NCBI GenBank assembly: GCA_023474215.1
Contig: JAMCYI010000004.1
Coordinates: forward strand, 1-60,258
DNA length: 60,258 nt
Origin: Patescibacteria group bacterium
GTDB lineage: Bacteria > Patescibacteriota > Minisyncoccia > UBA6257 > GWB1-50-10
Direction of reading: 5' to 3'
Shown here: piece by piece, positions 54,523 to 60,258 of the stretch
How positions within the stretch are numbered: position 1 is the first letter of the stretch
Layout: each line of letters opens with the position of its first letter
The notes under the pieces: generated by a model
Database searches by the model: none
What the model was told of the DNA's origin: nothing
What the model saw: the letters and a program-made list of their open reading frames with translations, nothing else
Made by a program: the position numbers and the translations under genes

Positions 54523-54614
54523 AGGCCCTATATTAGCATAAACGGTTTTAAATGTCAACCCTCGAAGAAACCGGCCCAGTGGGTGTATAATAAGAGAGAA
54601 AATAAGCAGATAAA

Positions 54615-55622
54615 ATGCCTAAAAATCAAGAAAAGACCAATGTCCCCGATGAAACGCAGAGCATCGAACAGCTCCTCCGCCCGCAGAGCTTCGCGGAATA
54701 TGTCGGCCAGGAGAAGATCAAAGATCACTTGAGGCTCATCTTGTCGGCGGCAAAAGGCCGGCACGAAAGTTCGGACCATCTGCTTTTTTACGGGCAAGCG
54801 GGACTTGGAAAGACGACGCTCGCTTACATCATCGGACAAGAAATGGGCGTCGGCGTCAGATCGACATCCGGACCGGCTCTCGAAAAACCGGGGGACATTG
54901 CGGCCATCCTCTCAAACTTGGAGCCGAACGAAATCCTCTTCATCGACGAGATCCACCGCATCAATAAATTGGTCGAGGAAATCTTTTACCCGGCCATGGA
55001 ATCCCGAAAGCTCCATCTTGTGATCGGCAAGGGGCCGGCGGCAAAAACATTCACCTTGGACCTGCCCCCCTTCACCGTCATCGGAGCAACCACGAAAGTG
55101 AACCTTCTTTCGGCGCCTCTCCGTTCCCGCTTCGGCGCAACATTCAGATTGGATTATTACCAAGACGACGATATTGAAAAAATCATCAAGCGCTCCGCAA
55201 AGATATTGAACGTCGCGATAACCGACGGCGCCGTGCGCCTTCTCGCCGGAGCATCGCGGTTCACGCCCCGGGTCGCAAACCGACTCTTGAAGCGCGCGCG
55301 CGACTATGCACAAGTGAAGGGGGTCCCGGAAATCGACGAAAACGTGGTGCTGCGAACCCTTGAAATGCTCGAGATCGATCCTCGGGGACTTGAAAACGCG
55401 GATCGGGAGCTTTTGAATGTGATCATAACGAAATTCAGCGGCGGGCCGGTCGGTCTCAAAACGCTTGCGGCGTCCTTGAACGACGAAATGGACACGATCG
55501 AGGAAGTATACGAACCGTTTCTCATGAAACTGGGATTCCTTCAACGAACGCCTTCCGGAAGGGTAGCAACAAAGCTTGCCTACGAGCACCTGGGGCTCGA
55601 GAAAGAAAAGAAACTCTTGTGA
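54615..55622 (+). CDS. ruvB: Holliday junction branch migration ATPase RuvB
   Basis: LRPQSF.EYVGQ, GLGKTTLA, SGPALEKPGD, LFIDEIHR, GATT, TPRVANRLLKR, LQRTPSGR. Confidence 0.97.
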   Translation: MPKNQEKTNVPDETQSIEQLLRPQSFAEYVGQEKIKDHLRLILSAAKGRHESSDHLLFYGQAGLGKTTLAYIIGQEMGVGVRSTSGPALEKPGDIAAILSNLEPNEILFIDEIHRINKLVEEIFYPAMESRKLHLVIGKGPAAKTFTLDLPPFTVIGATTKVNLLSAPLRSRFGATFRLDYYQDDDIEKIIKRSAKILNVAITDGAVRLLAGASRFTPRVANRLLKRARDYAQVKGVPEIDENVVLRTLEMLEIDPRGLENADRELLNVIITKFSGGPVGLKTLAASLNDEMDTIEEVYEPFLMKLGFLQRTPSGRVATKLAYEHLGLEKEKKLL

Positions 55623-56068
55623 TCATCGAAGTTCGATCGAAAAACGAAACACTCGCGCTGGCAAAATTGTTCGCCGAGAGCATATCCCCAAATGAGAAGG
55701 GGCCGCTCGTCATTGCGCTCCAGGGCGACCTTGGTGCCGGAAAAACCACGTTCATCAAAGGGCTTGCGCGCGGGCTGGGCATCCGAAAAAACATCACAAG
55801 CCCAACTTTTCTTATGGTAAGAAGGTATGAAATCCCCCGTCACCGAGGCGGCTTCAAAAATTTCTATCACGTCGATGCTTATCGGATGAGCTCCGCGCGC
55901 GACCTTGAAACGACGGGGCTCGCCGACGCTCTTCGCGACAAGCGGAGCATCATTGCCGTTGAGTGGGCCGACCGCATCCGAAAAAACCTCCCGCGGAAAG
56001 TCATCCGCATCGCGATCGCCCATCAAAAAGAAAACGAGCGAACAATCCTATTCTCGACAAAAAAATGA
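55619..56068 (+). CDS. tsaE: tRNA threonylcarbamoyladenosine biosynthesis ATPase TsaE
   Basis: L.GDLGAGKTTFIKG, ITSPTF, YHVDAYR, VEWAD. Confidence 0.93.
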   Translation: MIIEVRSKNETLALAKLFAESISPNEKGPLVIALQGDLGAGKTTFIKGLARGLGIRKNITSPTFLMVRRYEIPRHRGGFKNFYHVDAYRMSSARDLETTGLADALRDKRSIIAVEWADRIRKNLPRKVIRIAIAHQKENERTILFSTKK

Positions 56069-58524
56069 AAGAATTACTCCTTATCGACGCCAACTCGCTG
56101 ATCCACCGGGCATTTCACGCCCTTCCTCCGCTCACGTCGGACAGCGGTGCGCCATCGGGCGCGCTGTACGGGCTTTCCAGCATTCTCCTGAAGACCCTCA
56201 AAGAGCAAAAACCGGACTATGTTGCGGCGGCATTTGATCGCCCCGAACCGACATTCAGGAAAGAAATGTTCGACGATTATAAAGGGACGAGACCGAAGGC
56301 GCCCGACGAACTCATATCCCAAATCATCGAAGCGAGGAAACTTTTCGAAACATTCGGAATAAGAACGTTCGAAAAGGCCGGCTTTGAAGCCGATGACATC
56401 ATTGGAACTCTCGCCCGCCGGTTCGGAGCACATGAAGGACTTTCGGTCCGGATATTGACCGGCGACCTCGACACCCTTCAATTGGTGCAAGGGGAAAAAG
56501 TGGTGGTCGAGATCCTCAAAAAAGGCGTCAGCGAGACCATCGTCTATGACGAGGGGGCTGTCCGGGAACGGTACGGCTTGAAGCCGGAATTTTTAGTCGA
56601 TTACAAAGGCCTGGTCGGAGACAAATCGGACAACATCCCCGGCGTAAAAAACGTCGGACCAAAAACAGCGGAAAGGCTCCTTTTAAAATACGGCAGGCTC
56701 GAAGACGTCTTTTCGGCCAAAGCAAAAGACGATCCCGCCGCCCAAAAACTTCTCCCCTTCAAGAAAACGGCGTTCCTTTCAAAAGAACTCGCAACAATAA
56801 ACGACCGTGTCCCGATTACGGCGGAACTATCGGACCTTACATTCGAATCTCTGCCAGTGGAAGATTTAAGAAACTACTTCCTTGCGTGGAATTTCGGGAG
56901 CCTTTCAAAACGCTTGGAGGGAAATCCCCTTCGGGAAAAAGAAAATCAAAACGGAACGGCGGACAGAGAAACACTGAACGCGCTTTTTTTGTCTTCGTCG
57001 GCGGATTTGAACGAGACGACGCTCCAAACAAAAAATTTCGAGGTGGCTTGGGAATGGAAGCCGATCATAAAAGAGCTTCTTCAAGCCAAGAGAGGGGCTC
57101 CTCCGAATATTTTCGACATCTCAATCGCCTACTGGCTCCTCCACCCCGACACGGGCAAGATCTCGAAAGAGGAGGTTGCAAAAGAACTCCTCGGCAAGGA
57201 CCGCACGGACGACTCCGACTGGCGGAATATCTTCGCCCTCCTTAAGGAAAAGATCAAAAAGAACGGCCTTGAAAGGATTTTTTATGAAATTGAGATGCCG
57301 ACCGTCGGAATCCTCGCAAAAATGGAGCTTGCGGGGATAAAAATAGACACCGCTTCGGCCCAGGACGTACTCGGCAACCTCGAGGGGGAGCTTAAAAAAC
57401 TTGCCGAAGGAATTTACCGTGAGGCCGGCATTCCCTTTAACATCAATTCCCCGCGCGAAGTTTCCGGAATAGTCTTTGAAAAACTGGGGCTGCCGCCAGC
57501 AAAAAGGAAAAGGACCAAATCGGGGATCTTTTCGACGTCGTCCGAAATGATGTCTCATCTTCGGGGAACGAGAGTCGTCGATCTCATTTTAAGCTACCGG
57601 GAAGCGTTCAAAATGAAGTCGACCTACCTTGAGCCGATCATCCACATGACGGACGCCGACGGAAGGCTCCGAACGACCTTTCTGCAAACCGGCACAGCGA
57701 CCGGAAGGATTGCTTCGGAAAAACCGAATCTCCAGAATATCCCCCAAGAATCCCCGTGGTCTGAAAAAATACGAAATGTATTCGTGGCCGAAGAAGGGTG
57801 GAGTTTTGCCTCCTTCGATTATTCTCAGCTTGAGTTGCGGCTTTTGGCGCACGTTTCAAAGGACGCAAACCTCAAGGAGGCTTTTGCGCGCGGGCAAGAC
57901 ATTCACGCCATGACCGCAGCGGAAGTCTTCGGAGTCCGCCCGGAATTGGTCACAAAAGAAGAGCGTCGAATCGGGAAAACGCTGAACTTCGGCGTCGTCT
58001 ACGGCATGGGTCCCCGGGCATTCAGCGCAACATCCGACACAAGCCTCGTTGAAGCAGAGAAATTCATCGCAACATACTTCGAAAAATTTCCAGCCGTCCG
58101 CGCATGGCAAGAGGAAATTAAAAGATCGGTTGCCAAAGAAGGGTTTGTCCAGAACATCAACGGCCGGAAGCGGTGGTTCCCCGAACCGGCAAATAAAAGA
58201 ATAGCCTCCGAGAACGAGCGGGCAGCCGTCAATATGACCATTCAAAGTCTCGGCGCGGATATTTTAAAGCAAGCCATGATCGCTTCCTCGAAGCTTATCG
58301 ACGCATCGGAAAAGCTTCGGGGGAAGATAAGGATGCTCCTTACCATTCACGATGAATTGCTCTTTGAAATCCGCGATGATATTCTAAAAGAAACCACAGC
58401 AAGCATCGCAGATATCATGGAAAACGCCGAGCACCTTTCCGTCCCCCTGAAGGTCGAGGTAAGGGCCGGAAAAACGTGGGGAGCCCTAAAAACATACCAT
58501 CATGAACCCCATAAACTTCTTTAA
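56065..58524 (+). CDS. polA: DNA polymerase I (5'-3' exonuclease plus polymerase; eroded 3'-5' exo region)
   Basis: LLLIDANSLIHRAFHA, EADDIIG, GDKSDNIPGV, FNINSP, TATGRIASEKPNLQNIP, DYSQLELR, K.LNFGVVYGM, IHDELLFE. Start ATG 56065. Confidence 0.95.
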   Translation: MKELLLIDANSLIHRAFHALPPLTSDSGAPSGALYGLSSILLKTLKEQKPDYVAAAFDRPEPTFRKEMFDDYKGTRPKAPDELISQIIEARKLFETFGIRTFEKAGFEADDIIGTLARRFGAHEGLSVRILTGDLDTLQLVQGEKVVVEILKKGVSETIVYDEGAVRERYGLKPEFLVDYKGLVGDKSDNIPGVKNVGPKTAERLLLKYGRLEDVFSAKAKDDPAAQKLLPFKKTAFLSKELATINDRVPITAELSDLTFESLPVEDLRNYFLAWNFGSLSKRLEGNPLREKENQNGTADRETLNALFLSSSADLNETTLQTKNFEVAWEWKPIIKELLQAKRGAPPNIFDISIAYWLLHPDTGKISKEEVAKELLGKDRTDDSDWRNIFALLKEKIKKNGLERIFYEIEMPTVGILAKMELAGIKIDTASAQDVLGNLEGELKKLAEGIYREAGIPFNINSPREVSGIVFEKLGLPPAKRKRTKSGIFSTSSEMMSHLRGTRVVDLILSYREAFKMKSTYLEPIIHMTDADGRLRTTFLQTGTATGRIASEKPNLQNIPQESPWSEKIRNVFVAEEGWSFASFDYSQLELRLLAHVSKDANLKEAFARGQDIHAMTAAEVFGVRPELVTKEERRIGKTLNFGVVYGMGPRAFSATSDTSLVEAEKFIATYFEKFPAVRAWQEEIKRSVAKEGFVQNINGRKRWFPEPANKRIASENERAAVNMTIQSLGADILKQAMIASSKLIDASEKLRGKIRMLLTIHDELLFEIRDDILKETTASIADIMENAEHLSVPLKVEVRAGKTWGALKTYHHEPHKLL

Positions 58525-59812
58525 GGACCTGAGTTTTTATGCCAAGCAGGAAGGAGACAAAAAACCCCTTTTCCTTCTTGGGTTGTTTGTTGTCATAGCC
58601 ATCGTAAACATCGCTTTCGTACCCGGGATCATTACCGTCGCTGAACTTCTCGTGCTCCTTTTTATCTTCCTTACCCTCCTTGCCTCGTATCGGAATTTGC
58701 TGCGGGCAAGTTTTCAAAATAAAGCAAAGAACCTCGAATTGGAATCGGTGATCGAAAACATAAAGGATGGCGTCGTCGTTTACGACACCAATTTCCGGAT
58801 CCTCGACCTGAATAAAGCAACGGAAGAAATTTTCAATATATCGAAGGAAGAGGTTTTGGGGGTTCACGTGCAACCCGGAATGACGGCAAGCCCGCGCCTC
58901 AGAACCTTCGTGGAAACCATTTTCCCCTCGCTTGCGTCGTCCATCAACACCGTCTCCGACACGGGGTGGCCGAAAGTAGTCGACCTCACCTTTGAAGACC
59001 CTCACCTTGAGATCAGGACCTCTTTAAATCAAATTGCCGATCAAAGCGGCAAGGTGGTCGCTTTCCTTAAAATCATATCGAACAACACGCGGGAAAATAC
59101 CATTCTTGAATCAAAAAGCGAATTCCTGACCGTGTCGGCCCATCAGCTCAGAACACCCCTGACAGCGATCAATTGGACATTTGAAAGCTTGAAATCGTCC
59201 CTCTCAAAGGCGGGCGAAAAAACCGACCCCACCATCACAAATCTCGTCGACGAAGGGTGGGGGCTTGCCAAGCGATCACTCAAGATCATCGAAGATCTTT
59301 TGAGTGCCGCGAAAATAGAGGAAGGGAAGTTCGGATTTAATTTTGTCGAAACCGACCTCATGGAACTCCTAAAAACCATCCGGCAATCCGCCGAGGTAGT
59401 TGCCAAAGAGTATGGCATAACCGTAAATCTTTCCGGGAGCGGAACCTTCATTGTTCGAGCCGATCCAGAACGCCTCGGCATGGCCGTGACGAACATCCTT
59501 GATAATGCCATCAAATATAACGCGAAAGGAGGGAGCGTCGATATGCTCGTGGAGCCGGAACCGACCGATCGAACATTCGTCCGCTGCAGCATCTCCGATA
59601 CCGGCATTGGAATACCGAAGGAAAATTTGCCGAAGATTTTCCAAAAATTCTATCGCAGTGAAAATGCCCAACGCGTGGAGCCGAACGGCAGCGGTCTCGG
59701 CATGTATATAACCAAAAACATCATCGAGTCGCACGGCGGAACGATCCACGTCGAGTCGCAAATCGGTCGGGGAACGACGTTTTGGTTCACGCTCCCCGTT
59801 ATCCAGCGGTGA
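58502..59812 (+). CDS. Sensor histidine kinase (2 TM, PAS, HisKA, HATPase)
   Basis: AHQLRTPLTAI, N.LDNAIKYN, SDTGIGIP, IFQKFYR, GSGLGM, G.I.VES..GRGTTFWFTLP. Confidence 0.92.
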   Translation: MNPINFFKDLSFYAKQEGDKKPLFLLGLFVVIAIVNIAFVPGIITVAELLVLLFIFLTLLASYRNLLRASFQNKAKNLELESVIENIKDGVVVYDTNFRILDLNKATEEIFNISKEEVLGVHVQPGMTASPRLRTFVETIFPSLASSINTVSDTGWPKVVDLTFEDPHLEIRTSLNQIADQSGKVVAFLKIISNNTRENTILESKSEFLTVSAHQLRTPLTAINWTFESLKSSLSKAGEKTDPTITNLVDEGWGLAKRSLKIIEDLLSAAKIEEGKFGFNFVETDLMELLKTIRQSAEVVAKEYGITVNLSGSGTFIVRADPERLGMAVTNILDNAIKYNAKGGSVDMLVEPEPTDRTFVRCSISDTGIGIPKENLPKIFQKFYRSENAQRVEPNGSGLGMYITKNIIESHGGTIHVESQIGRGTTFWFTLPVIQR

Positions 59813-59817
59813 ACGTC

Positions 59818-60258
59818 ATGTCCGGGCACAGTCACTGGAAACAAATCAAAATAAAGAAGGCGGTGAGCGATGAAAAACGCGGCAAGGAATTTTCAAAACT
59901 CCTTGCCGCAATATCGATCGCAGCTCGAGCGGAAGCAAATCCGGATTTCAACCCGAGGCTCCGGACCGCGGTTTTAAAGGCAAAGGAGGCACAAGTACCC
60001 CAAGAAAACATCGATCGCGCGATACAAAAATCAAAGGACTCTTTCAATGATTTGGAGGAGATCACTTTGGAGTGTTATGGACCCGGCGGCGCCGCGATCA
60101 TCGTCGAAGCGGTGACATCGAGCCCCGGAAGGACCATCAATGACCTGAAGCTCATATTGAAAGAAAAAGGAGGGAAGCTCGGCGAGCCGGGAAGCGTGCG
60201 GTGGGCATTTGAGAAAGATGAGGGAGGCAATTGGAAGGCGAAATTCACCCAAAAGATC
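59818..60258 (+). CDS. YebC/PmpR family protein (truncated by window edge)
   Basis: Manual translation MSGHSHWKQIK.KK...DEKRGK.FSK...NPRLR.AV.KAK...VP.ENI.RAI...YGPGG. Confidence 0.92.
   Translation, partial: MSGHSHWKQIKIKKAVSDEKRGKEFSKLLAAISIAARAEANPDFNPRLRTAVLKAKEAQVPQENIDRAIQKSKDSFNDLEEITLECYGPGGAAIIVEAVTSSPGRTINDLKLILKEKGGKLGEPGSVRWAFEKDEGGNWKAKFTQKI

Overview
Chromosomal segment of a small-genome bacterium. Gene content, compact overlaps and protein styles point to Patescibacteria/CPR, Parcubacteria-like (inference); code 11 with TGA used as stop. The backbone is housekeeping: clpB, htrA, iscS, gpmI, rny, HU, secG, rnj, trpS, ileS, argS, smpB/ssrA, infC-rpmI-rplT, murB, glmM, murE, ruvA, rpsT, holA, a pilB-like ATPase, ruvB, tsaE, polA, a sensor kinase and yebC. 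There are seven tRNAs, one of them tRNA-Phe split by a group I intron next to a free-standing HTH-LAGLIDADG-like gene. The most unusual signal is non-coding and consists of three families of miniature elements. (1) Elements of about 110-140 bp behind tRNA-Pro, -Gly and -Arg (a partial one behind tmRNA): a shared core bracketed by an antisense copy of the host tRNA's own T-loop and a sense copy of its 3' end. (2) Nested palindromic cassettes with a conserved scaffold, swappable inner hairpins and locus-specific outer arms; one is an in-frame 150-bp insertion in iscS. (3) Inverted heptamer-repeat arrays, found empty at stop codons, in frame inside iscS, ileS and murE, and flanking a four-helix-bundle gene. 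Also seen: a candidate standalone ncRNA with its own promoter and terminator, a ~260-nt structured leader before a surface-protein gene, IleRS with an inserted histidine-phosphatase domain, and a membrane-anchored Clp ATPase with a degenerate first Walker B. No database search or folding program was run. All calls come from reading the sequence and recognising motifs.
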